NCBI GenBank assembly: GCA_035948495.1
Contig: DASZJC010000593.1
Span: 1-32,634 of the forward strand
Reading direction: 5' to 3'
DNA: 32,634 nt
Origin: Xanthobacteraceae bacterium
GTDB lineage: Bacteria; Pseudomonadota; Alphaproteobacteria; Rhizobiales; Xanthobacteraceae
Shown: piece by piece, positions 17,902 to 25,488 of the stretch
Position numbering within the stretch: the first letter of the stretch is position 1
Layout: each line of letters starts with the position of its first letter
The notes under the pieces: model-generated
Databases searched by the model: none
What the model was told of the DNA's origin: nothing
Seen by the model: only the letters and a program-made list of their open reading frames with translations
Made by a program: the position numbers and the translations under genes

Positions 17902-18082
17902 ATCCAAACCGTACCGGGGACGGACGCCGCTCCGCGGCGCGCTACCGAGCAGAAGACCTTCACCGACGCGCGGATCGCCGAGGGATTTCTACAAGATCGC
18001 ATTCGGCGCGGAGTTCAGCGTCGCCGGCCGCCTCGACCGTATCCGGGAGCGTAAGGGCCGAGGTCCGCCTCCGGAAGCATGA
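17902..18082 (+). pseudogene. Possible relic of a coding sequence with a +1 frameshift
   Basis: GC3-rich reading ...TEQKTFTDARIAEGF (frame of 17944) continues as FYKIAFGAEFSVAGRLDRIRE in the next frame (from 17987). One extra T in GGATTTCTAC would explain the shift. No start codon or RBS was found. Confidence 0.25.
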
Positions 18083-18106
18083 CCATTTCGGGCGGAACGA
18101 CATCAT

Positions 18107-18138
18107 TGCACAAGATTTGGTCAATGGGTGCAGTGCAC
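18107..18138. promoter_or_regulatory. TGCAC/GTGCA palindromic motifs (possible enhancer-binding-protein site)
   Basis: TGCAC at 18107-18111 and the 11-nt perfect palindrome GTGCAGTGCAC at 18128-18138, about 120-150 nt upstream of the -24/-12-like element. Confidence 0.3.
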
Positions 18139-18183
18139 AAATCCCGGGCGGTTTGCGGCGGTCTTGGGCAGCATTCCTTACCA

Positions 18184-18193
18184 AATGGTTAAC
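18184..18193 (-). promoter_or_regulatory. Third copy of GTTAACCATT (CtrA-type half-site)
   Basis: The reverse complement of 18184-18193 is GTTAACCATT, identical to 6641-6650 in the ctrA promoter region. Confidence 0.35.
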
Positions 18194-18256
18194 AGGCCGC
18201 CGCGCCACGAGCACCCATCTCATTGAAAATACTAACTTAAATATATCAGCGCCGGC

Positions 18257-18271
18257 TGGCACGCGGCTTGA
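18257..18271 (+). promoter_or_regulatory. Candidate sigma-54 (-24/-12) promoter for the FNT-nirA operon
   Basis: TGGCACGCGGCTTGA versus consensus TGGCACG-N4-TTGCW. GG-N10 spacing is correct and the -12 reads GA instead of GC. It lies 71 nt upstream of the ATG at 18342 and is preceded by an AT-rich tract at 18216-18248. Confidence 0.4.
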
Positions 18272-18341
18272 ATAACGATTCGTCGAACACCTGGCGGACG
18301 ATCGCGCGTCCGCGCGGGGGCGCATGCCGAGGAGACCCGAG

Positions 18342-19187
18342 ATGGATTACGTCAAACCGGCCGACGTGGCCAAGGCCATGCTGGAGACGGGGCTGAAGAA
18401 ATTGGCCCTGCCCCCGCGCGACCTCATGATCCGCGGCATGCTGTCGGGCGCGATCCTGGGCGTGGCGACGAGCCTTGCCTTCACCGCGGCCGTCTCCACC
18501 GGCCAGCCGCTGGTCGGCGCGCTCATCTTTCCGGTCGGCCTCATCTTCATCGTGCTGCTCGGGCTCGAACTGATCACCGGCAGCTTCGCCCTGCTGCCGT
18601 TGCCGTGGCTCGATGGCGGCGCGAACGCCCCGGGCGGGACCGCCGTCCTGACCAACTGGGGCTGGGTGTTCCTCGCCAACCTGATCGGCAGCGCCGTCTA
18701 CGGCGCGCTGCTCGCCATTGCACTCACCGACATGGGCAAGATCGAGCCGGCCGGAGTGGCCGCGTTCATCGTCAAGGTCGCCGAGGCGAAGACCACCGGC
18801 TACGCGGCGTTCGGCGCCGCCGGCATGGTGACGGCCTTCGTCAAGGCCATCCTGTGCAACTGGATGGTCTGTCTCGCCGTCGTCCTCGCCATGTCGACAA
18901 ATTCCACGATCGGCAAGATCGCCGCCGCCTATATGCCGATCCTGGTGTTCTTCGCCCAAGGCTTCGAGCACTCGGTCGTCAACATGTTCATCATCCCGAC
19001 CGGCATGATGCTCGGCGCGAAGGTGACGGTCGCCGACTGGTGGGTGTGGAATCAGATCCCGGTGACGCTCGGCAATCTGGTGGGCGGCTTCGTGTTCACC
19101 GGGCTTGCGATCTACACGACCTACAAGCCCGCCGCGCCCGCCGACGCGCCCTCGTTGGGCGTGCCCTCGCGCGTGCCGGCCGAATAG
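18342..19187 (+). CDS. Formate/nitrite transporter (FNT) family channel
   Basis: 281 aa from ATG 18342 (AGGAGA RBS). MLSGAILGVATSLAF, FPVGLIFIVLLGLELITGSF, ILCNWMVCLAV and FEHSVVNMF are FNT hallmarks. Confidence 0.9.
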   Translation: MDYVKPADVAKAMLETGLKKLALPPRDLMIRGMLSGAILGVATSLAFTAAVSTGQPLVGALIFPVGLIFIVLLGLELITGSFALLPLPWLDGGANAPGGTAVLTNWGWVFLANLIGSAVYGALLAIALTDMGKIEPAGVAAFIVKVAEAKTTGYAAFGAAGMVTAFVKAILCNWMVCLAVVLAMSTNSTIGKIAAAYMPILVFFAQGFEHSVVNMFIIPTGMMLGAKVTVADWWVWNQIPVTLGNLVGGFVFTGLAIYTTYKPAAPADAPSLGVPSRVPAE

Positions 19188-19204
19188 GACGAAGCACGCC
19201 ATTC

Positions 19205-20986
19205 ATGAGCGGAGAGTTCGCCCCCGAGCAAAAACGTTATCTGGAAGGTTTCGTGTCCGGCCTGCAGGCAGCGCGCGCCGCGCGGGGTCTGCAAACCGGC
19301 AACGGCGCCGCCGCTATACCCGGCAGCGGCGGCGCCGAGCCGGTTGGCCCCGATGCCGCCGCCATCAAGGCGCAGGATCGCTTCGTCACCGCCGGTCGGA
19401 AGCTCTCCGACCCGGAGAAATTCAAGCGCGAGCTGCATCCGTTCGACGGCTACGAGCGGCTCAAGGCGCAGGCGGGCGCCAACGAGCCGCCCCAGCCGCC
19501 GGATAATTTCCGCTGGCGCTTCTACGGGCTGTTCTACGTCGCCCCGGCGCAGAACGCCTACATGTGCCGGCTGCGCATCCCCAACGGCATCCTCAAGCAC
19601 CGGCAGTTCGCCGGCGTCGCCGACCTCGCCGAGCGCTACGGTGGCGGCTATTCCCACGTCACCACCCGGGCCAACCTGCAGATCCGCGAGATCGAGCCGA
19701 AGAACGCGGTCGCCATGATCGAGGCGATCCAGGACCTCGGCCTGTGCTCGCGCGGCTCCGGCGCCGACAATATCCGCAACGTGACCGGCACGCCGACCGC
19801 GGGAATCGACCCGCAGGAACTCATCGACACGCGCCCGTACGCGCGCGAGTGGCATTTCCACATCCTCAACGACCGTTCGCTCTACGGCATCCCGCGCAAG
19901 TTCAACGTCGCCTTCGACGGCGCCGGGGTTATTCCGGTGGTCGAGGACACCAACGACATCGGCTTCCAGGCGGTCGAGGTGAAGGACGGCTTCGGGATCG
20001 AGCCCGGCATGTGGTTCCGGCTGCTGCTCGGCGGCATCACCGGCCATCGCGATTTCGCCCGCGATACCGGCGTGGTGGTGAAGCCTGCGGAGGCGACGCT
20101 CGTCGCCGACGCCGTCGTGCGCGTCTTCATCGACCACGGCGACCGTACCAACCGAATCAAGGCGCGGCTCAAATACGTGCTCGACGCCTGGGGGTTCGAG
20201 AAGTTCCTCGCCGCCATGGAAGAGAAGCTCGGCCGCAAGCTCGCGCGCGTGCCCGCCGAAGCGATCGCGCCGCGGCCGGCGTTCGACCGCACCGCCCACG
20301 TCGGCGTCCATGCGCAGAAGCAGCCCGGCCTCAACTGGATCGGCGTCGCGCTGCCGGTCGGCAAACAAACGGTCGAGCAGATGCGCGGGCTTGCCGCCGT
20401 CGCGCGCGACTTCGGCGACGGCGACATCCGCCTCACCGTCTGGCAGAACCTGCTGATCTCGGGCGTGCCGGACGATCGCGTCGCAGCCGCGCAGGCGGCC
20501 ATCGCGGCGCTCGGCCTCGCGACCGAAGCGACCCCGCTGCGCGCCGGGCTCGTGGCCTGCACCGGCAACACGGGCTGCAAGTTCGCCCTTTCCGACACCA
20601 AGGGTCACGCCGAAGCGATCGCCGCCTGGTGCGAGCCGCGGGTGGCGCTCGACCAGCCGGTCAACATTCATCTCACCGGTTGCCATCATTCCTGCGCGCA
20701 GCACTTCATCAGCGAGATCGGCCTCCTCGCCGCCAAGGTGGAGCGGGGCGAAAGCGACGCCGTCGAGGGCTATCACATCCATATCGGCGGCAGCTTCGGG
20801 CCTAACGCGGTGCTCGGCCGCGAAATTTACCGCGATGTGAGCGCCGAGGACGCGCCGGCGACCGTCGAGCGCATGCTCAAGGCCTACATGGCCCATCGCG
20901 CTTCGCCCGCCGAGACGTTCCTCGCCTTCGCCAACCGCCACGATCTCGACGCGCTCAAGGGGCTCGTTGCCGCGGAGGCCGCATGA
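19205..20986 (+). CDS. NirA-family siroheme/[4Fe-4S] nitrite or sulfite reductase hemoprotein
   Basis: 593 aa from ATG 19205. Two nitrite/sulfite-reductase ferredoxin-like repeats and the cluster/siroheme Cys motif (CTGNTGCKFA ... TGCHHSCAQH). The 793-aa ORF-track version overlaps the FNT gene out of frame. Confidence 0.88.
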   Translation: MSGEFAPEQKRYLEGFVSGLQAARAARGLQTGNGAAAIPGSGGAEPVGPDAAAIKAQDRFVTAGRKLSDPEKFKRELHPFDGYERLKAQAGANEPPQPPDNFRWRFYGLFYVAPAQNAYMCRLRIPNGILKHRQFAGVADLAERYGGGYSHVTTRANLQIREIEPKNAVAMIEAIQDLGLCSRGSGADNIRNVTGTPTAGIDPQELIDTRPYAREWHFHILNDRSLYGIPRKFNVAFDGAGVIPVVEDTNDIGFQAVEVKDGFGIEPGMWFRLLLGGITGHRDFARDTGVVVKPAEATLVADAVVRVFIDHGDRTNRIKARLKYVLDAWGFEKFLAAMEEKLGRKLARVPAEAIAPRPAFDRTAHVGVHAQKQPGLNWIGVALPVGKQTVEQMRGLAAVARDFGDGDIRLTVWQNLLISGVPDDRVAAAQAAIAALGLATEATPLRAGLVACTGNTGCKFALSDTKGHAEAIAAWCEPRVALDQPVNIHLTGCHHSCAQHFISEIGLLAAKVERGESDAVEGYHIHIGGSFGPNAVLGREIYRDVSAEDAPATVERMLKAYMAHRASPAETFLAFANRHDLDALKGLVAAEAA

Positions 20987-22620
20987 GCCTGCCGACGCGC
21001 CCGCCGTTTGCAACCCTGATCGCGGAAAACGCGCCGTTCACGCCCGAGCAGCGCGAGTGGCTCAACGGCTTCTTCGCCGGCCTGCTGTCGCTCGACGGCG
21101 GCGTGACCGCGCTCTCGGCCGAAGAAGCCGCGGCGCTGATGCCGCGCTCCCTCGCGGCGCCGCCCGCCGCGAAGGGACCGCTCGACGACGGCGACGACGG
21201 CGAAACGCCGTGGCACGACCAAACCATGCCGCTTGCCGAGCGCATGAAGCTTGCCGGCGGCCGTCCGCTGCGCCGGCGCATGATGGCCGCCATGGGCCAG
21301 CAGGACTGCGGCCAGTGCGGCTACAACTGCGAAGACTATTCCAACGCGATTTTCCTCAAGACGGAGGAGCGGCTCAACCTGTGCGTCCCGGGCGGCAAGG
21401 AGACCGCCCGCATGCTCAAGAAGCTCTACGAAGCATTCGATGACGGCGCGCCCGCCGCACCGACGGTCGCCTTGCGCGCGCCGCCCGTTCAGGAAAATGC
21501 CGGCCCGGCAGCCGCTTCGCGCGCTGCTCCGGTCGAGGCGCAGTTCCTCTCCCGCACGCTTCTCAACAAGCCGGGCTCGCACAAGGAAACCTGGCACATC
21601 GAGTTCGACCTCGCCGGAACCGGGCTCGCGTACGCGGTCGGCGACTCGTTCGGGCTCTTTCCCACCAACGATCCCGCGCTGGTCGAGGCGGTGCTCGCGG
21701 CGATCGACGCGCCGCCGGATTTTCCCATCGGCGGGCGCACCTTGCGCGCGGTGCTCACCGACGGCGTCTCGCTCAATCCGGCGCCCGATATGCTGTTCCA
21801 GCTCGTCTCCTACCTGACCGGCGGCGAGCGCCGGCAGAAGGCGAAGTCGCTGGCCGACGGCGAGGATCCGGACGGCGACGCGGAGACTCTCGACGTGCTC
21901 GCGGCGCTGGAAAAATTCCGCGGCGTGCGCCCCGATCCGGAAGCCTTCATCGAAGCGCTCGATCCGCTGCAGCCGCGGCTCTATTCCATCGCCTCCTCGC
22001 CCAAGGTCGATCCGACCCGTATCGCGCTCACGGTCGACGCGGTGCGCTATCCCGTGGGCGCGCGCACGCGGCTCGGCGTCGCCTCGACCTTCCTCGCCGG
22101 CCGCATCGCGCCCGACGCCAAGGTCAGGGCCTACGTGCAGAAGGCGCAAGGGTTCGGATTGCCGGCCGATCCGGCGGTGCCGATCGTCATGATCGGGCCC
22201 GGCACCGGCATCGCGCCGTTCCGCGCGTTCCTGCACGAGCGCATGGCCGTCAAGGCGCCGGGACACAACTGGCTTTTCTTCGGCCATCAGCACAGCCGCT
22301 ACGATTTCTTCTACGAGGACGAGCTTGCCGGCATGAAGGCGGCGGGCGTGCTCACGCGCCTCACGCTGGCCTGGTCGCGCGACAGCGAGCAGAAGATCTA
22401 CGTCCAGCATCGCATGCGCGAGGTCGGGCGCGACCTGTGGGCGTGGATCGCCGATGGCGCCCACGTCTATGTGTGCGGCGACGCGAAGCACATGGCGAAT
22501 GACGTGGAGCGTGCGCTGGTCGACGTGGTCGCGACCTTCGGGGCGCGCTCCGCCGACCAGGCGATCGCGTTCGTCTCCGAACTCAAGAAAGCCGGTCGCT
22601 ACCAGGTCGACGTCTATTGA
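20983..22620 (+). CDS. CysJ-like FAD/NAD(P)H oxidoreductase with an RnfB-type Fe-S domain instead of a flavodoxin domain
   Basis: ATGA overlap with the upstream stop. C-terminal FNR-like module (RLYSIASSP, IVMIGPGTGIAPFRAF, YVCGDAKHMANDV, ends VDVY). N-terminal part contains CGQCGYNC...CVPGG (21307-21384). No FMN/flavodoxin signature was seen. Confidence 0.85.
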   Translation: MSLPTRPPFATLIAENAPFTPEQREWLNGFFAGLLSLDGGVTALSAEEAAALMPRSLAAPPAAKGPLDDGDDGETPWHDQTMPLAERMKLAGGRPLRRRMMAAMGQQDCGQCGYNCEDYSNAIFLKTEERLNLCVPGGKETARMLKKLYEAFDDGAPAAPTVALRAPPVQENAGPAAASRAAPVEAQFLSRTLLNKPGSHKETWHIEFDLAGTGLAYAVGDSFGLFPTNDPALVEAVLAAIDAPPDFPIGGRTLRAVLTDGVSLNPAPDMLFQLVSYLTGGERRQKAKSLADGEDPDGDAETLDVLAALEKFRGVRPDPEAFIEALDPLQPRLYSIASSPKVDPTRIALTVDAVRYPVGARTRLGVASTFLAGRIAPDAKVRAYVQKAQGFGLPADPAVPIVMIGPGTGIAPFRAFLHERMAVKAPGHNWLFFGHQHSRYDFFYEDELAGMKAAGVLTRLTLAWSRDSEQKIYVQHRMREVGRDLWAWIADGAHVYVCGDAKHMANDVERALVDVVATFGARSADQAIAFVSELKKAGRYQVDVY

Positions 22621-22627
22621 GCAGCCC

Positions 22628-23734
22628 ATGAGCCTCTCACTGATCCGCTCTGACCCGCAGCCGGCGCGCATGGCGCCGCTCGCCCGGCTGCCGGTATTCC
22701 TCAAGCTTGACGGACAACGCGCGGTCGTTGCGGGCACGAGCGCGGCGGCGGCCTGGAAAGCGGAACTGCTCGCCGCGGCGGGCGCGCGCGTCGACGTCTA
22801 CGCGCCCGATCCGGGCGGTGAGTTGCTGGCGGTCGCGGGCGCGCCGCCGCACGGCACGATCACGATCCATGCGCGGCCGTGGGCGCCGGCCGATTGCACT
22901 GGGGCCGCGATTGCGGTCGGCGACTGCGCGGACGACGGCGAGGCCGCGCGTTTTGCGGCGGCGGCGCGCGCCGCCGGCGCGCCGGTCAACGTCGTCGACA
23001 AGCCGGCGTTCTGCGATTTCGCCTTCGGGGCGATCGTCAACCGTTCGCCGCTCGTCGTCGGCATTTCGACCGATGGCGCGGCGCCGGTGTTCGCCCAGGC
23101 GATCCGCACCCGCATCGAGACGCTGATCCCGCACGGCTTCGCCCGCTGGGCCGAGGCGGCGGCGCGCTGGCGGCCGCGCGTGCAGACGTTGGCGCACGCG
23201 CTCGCCGTGCGGTTCTGGGAAAAATTCGCCGCCCGCGCCGTCGCGCGCGCGCACGCAGGCCCGAACGAGGCGGAGCTGCATGCCCTCCTGGCCGAGACAA
23301 ACGGCGAGCACGCGGCCGGATCGGTCGTCGTGGTCGGTGCCGGCCCGGGCGATCCGGAATTGCTGACGTTGCGCGCGGTGCGCGCGCTGCAATCGGCCGA
23401 TGTGATCCTGTTCGACCGCGAGGTCGGCGCCGGCATCCTCGACTTCGCCCGGCGCGAAGCGCGCCGCCTGCTGGTGGGGCCGAGCGGCGCCGGCCACATC
23501 GATTCAAACGAGCAAGGCGAGATCGAAGCGATGATGGTCGCGCTCGCCGGGGCCGGCCGGCGCGTGGTGCACCTTGTCGGCAGCGACGAGGCGAGCCGCG
23601 CGCGCGCCGAGGCGGAGATCGCCGCCTGCCGCGTGGCAGGAATTGCCGTCGAGGTGGTGCCAGGGGTCCTTATCCCTCCCCCGAAGCCGGAGGGCGGCGA
23701 GCGACGCGGGGAATCAGGAATCAGCCGTCGGTAA
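22628..23734 (+). CDS. cysG: Siroheme synthase CysG homologue: intact N-terminal dehydrogenase/ferrochelatase part, methyltransferase domain degenerate and 3'-truncated
   Basis: N-domain LPVFLKLDGQRAVVAGTSAAAAWK...VNVVDKPAFCDFAFGAIVNRSPLVVGISTDGAAPV. The SUMT domain starts with VVVGAGPGDPELLT, but the GGDP box reads VGSDEASR and the ORF stops about 20 aa after VEVVPG, inside a repeat element. 368 aa versus roughly 460-480 expected. Confidence 0.8.
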   Translation: MSLSLIRSDPQPARMAPLARLPVFLKLDGQRAVVAGTSAAAAWKAELLAAAGARVDVYAPDPGGELLAVAGAPPHGTITIHARPWAPADCTGAAIAVGDCADDGEAARFAAAARAAGAPVNVVDKPAFCDFAFGAIVNRSPLVVGISTDGAAPVFAQAIRTRIETLIPHGFARWAEAAARWRPRVQTLAHALAVRFWEKFAARAVARAHAGPNEAELHALLAETNGEHAAGSVVVVGAGPGDPELLTLRAVRALQSADVILFDREVGAGILDFARREARRLLVGPSGAGHIDSNEQGEIEAMMVALAGAGRRVVHLVGSDEASRARAEAEIAACRVAGIAVEVVPGVLIPPPKPEGGERRGESGISRR

Positions 23735-23795
23735 TCAGTAATCAGCAGAGCGCGAAGCTCCGATCACTGGTTTCTGATCACAGACTACTGATTCC
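23710..23795. repeat. MITE/REP-like element bounded by 8-bp inverted repeats with internal heptamer tandems
   Basis: GGAATCAG (23710-23717) and CTGATTCC (23788-23795). Inside are GAATCAGGAATCAG (23711-23724), TAATCAGTAATCAG (23732-23745) and GATCAC twice. It contains the cysG stop codon (23732-23734) and abuts the stop of the convergent hydrolase gene. Confidence 0.6.
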
Positions 23796-24472
23796 TACTT
23801 CCCCATCGCCTTGTCGAGGAAGCGGATCGCGCGCGCCCAGGCGATCGCTGCGCTTTCGGCGTTGAAGCTTTCGCGCTCGTCGCAGCAGAAGCCGTGCTGA
23901 GCGCCCGCGTAGACGTAGATGTCGCAGTCAGCGCCGCGCTTCTGTTTGATGATCTCGACGTCGCTCATCGGGATGCTGGCGTCCCGGTCGCCGAAATGCA
24001 TCTGGGTCGGGCAGCGCGGCTTGGTGTCGGCGTGTTTGACGATCTGGCCGCCGTAGAGACACACGGAGGCGGCGAGCCCGTCGATCCGCGTGGCCGCGAG
24101 ATAGGCCATGGTGCCGCCCATGCAGAAGCCGATCACCGACACTTTGCCGCTCGGCCGCAGCAGGTCCACCCCGGCGGCGACGTCGCGCACCATGGCGTCC
24201 CAATCGATGCTGCCGAGGTAGCCGCGCGCCTTGGCGATTTCGTCGGGCGAATAGCCGGTTTCGAAGTCGCGCACGAAGCGGTCGAACACGGCCGGCGCCA
24301 CCGCGCTATAGCCGAGCGCCGCTAGGCGGTCGCATACCGAGCGGATGTGATGGTTGACGCCGAAAATCTCCTGCACCACCACGACGCCGCCGCGCGATTG
24401 TCCGGCGGGATCGGCGCGGTAGGCGCCGAGCTTGTGCGCGTCGGCGGCGGTCAATGAAAGCGGCTTGCCCAT
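23795..24472 (-). CDS. Dienelactone hydrolase family protein (carboxymethylenebutenolidase-like)
   Basis: 225 aa: GGVVVVQEIFGVNHHIRSVCDRLAALGY, nucleophile region VIGFCMGG, C-terminal YAGAQHGF. AAGAGG RBS. Confidence 0.88.
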   Translation of the reverse strand: MGKPLSLTAADAHKLGAYRADPAGQSRGGVVVVQEIFGVNHHIRSVCDRLAALGYSAVAPAVFDRFVRDFETGYSPDEIAKARGYLGSIDWDAMVRDVAAGVDLLRPSGKVSVIGFCMGGTMAYLAATRIDGLAASVCLYGGQIVKHADTKPRCPTQMHFGDRDASIPMSDVEIIKQKRGADCDIYVYAGAQHGFCCDERESFNAESAAIAWARAIRFLDKAMGK

Positions 24473-24598
24473 GGGTTAAGCCTCTTGTCGGGGTGGTCGT
24501 TCGTTTGTTCGCGGCGCCGGCAGGGTATGCCGGGCTCGGGGAAGGCACGAATCACACCGCAAACGGCCCCGGTCGTTCAAAGCACCCGGCGTTCGTTG

Positions 24599-24994
24599 TC
24601 AGCTGTCCTTTTCCCGGCACCAGTCCTCGATTTCGCTCACCAATGATGAGACCTCCTTCAGTCCCGCTTCAAGCACATCGCGTGATGGGACCTGAGGCAT
24701 GCCGCCGCCCGGTCTGGGATAGCGCGTCGCCGTCGCGAAGCTGGTGTAGCTGTCGAACGTCATCAGGTCCGCGCGCCAGATGTGATCGGCGGGCAACAAA
24801 TCGGCGAGGCGCCCGAGCTGATGGTGGCTGGCGGTGAAGGAAATGCTTTCGGCCGTAAGGACCGCCTTGAGCAATTTCTCCGCCGCTTGTTCGAGCGCGA
24901 ACGCGCTATGCCGAGGGTGGACGGCAAGGAGCCGGCGGGCGACCGCCAAATCCTCCTTGGCCAGCGCAATGAAGCTCGCGACCGCCGGCTTCAC
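24599..24994 (-). CDS. HEPN-domain protein (putative toxin of an MNT/HEPN pair)
   Basis: 131 aa from a GTG that overlaps the upstream stop (GTGA). LAKEDLAVARRLL...HSAFALEQAAEKLLKAVL...SHHQLGRLADLL...ATRYP matches the HEPN helical pattern. Confidence 0.75.
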   Translation of the reverse strand: MKPAVASFIALAKEDLAVARRLLAVHPRHSAFALEQAAEKLLKAVLTAESISFTASHHQLGRLADLLPADHIWRADLMTFDSYTSFATATRYPRPGGGMPQVPSRDVLEAGLKEVSSLVSEIEDWCREKDS

Positions 24995-25482
24995 ACCGCC
25001 CGTTCCTCTTTGCGCAACGCGCGGTCGCGGTAGATCGCTTTGCCCTCGGTGACGGCGTTGTGGACGAGCGTGCCAGGCACATCGCGATCTTTGAGAAACT
25101 CGCTCCACGAGCACGGCACGATGTCGTAGCCCAGGCCGCAACCGACGACGGGTCCCGCCACCCGGTCCGGCGCATAGGCTTCCTGCGCCAACCCGTCGGG
25201 CAAGACGACCAGCAAATCGAAATCGCTGTCGTCATCATTGTCGCCGCGCGCCCGGCTGCCGAATTGCCAGATCGCGCGCGGCTTGAGCGCGACGACGAGC
25301 CGGTCGCGCAGGAACGCCAGCGCCGCGGCTTCGTCCTTGAACGGGCCGACCGGCCGCGACGAAGCGTCAGCGAGGAGCCTGCGTACGATTATGCCTTTGC
25401 CGCTGCGCAGAAGCTCCGCCACCGCCTGCAGGAGGTCGCGATGCTCGGGGCGTGCTCGGATCGACTGGACAGGAAGGGCCAT
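24991..25482 (-). CDS. Minimal nucleotidyltransferase (MNT) domain protein with N-terminal extension (putative antitoxin)
   Basis: Catalytic motif FGSRARGDNDDDSDFDLLVV (GS-x-D-x-D). About 45 extra N-terminal residues (MALPVQSIRARPEHRDLLQAVAELLRSGKG) have a strand-helix pattern. Confidence 0.8.
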   Translation of the reverse strand: MALPVQSIRARPEHRDLLQAVAELLRSGKGIIVRRLLADASSRPVGPFKDEAAALAFLRDRLVVALKPRAIWQFGSRARGDNDDDSDFDLLVVLPDGLAQEAYAPDRVAGPVVGCGLGYDIVPCSWSEFLKDRDVPGTLVHNAVTEGKAIYRDRALRKEERAV

Positions 25483-25488
25483 GGGTCG

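Noticed and set aside
18605-19204. The 793-aa ORF-track model that extends the NirA-like gene 600 nt upstream through the FNT gene.
   Set aside because: The extension overlaps the well-supported FNT CDS in another frame and translates to an Arg-rich nonsense-like sequence. ATG 19205 follows the FNT stop by 17 nt and begins the conserved sequence.
24470-24478. TTAACCCAT (minus strand) at the dienelactone hydrolase start, resembling the CtrA half-site and the motif upstream of the DUF1134 gene.
   Set aside because: The ATG of the motif is the start codon itself and the preceding AAGAGG is the RBS. The resemblance is best explained by coincidence.
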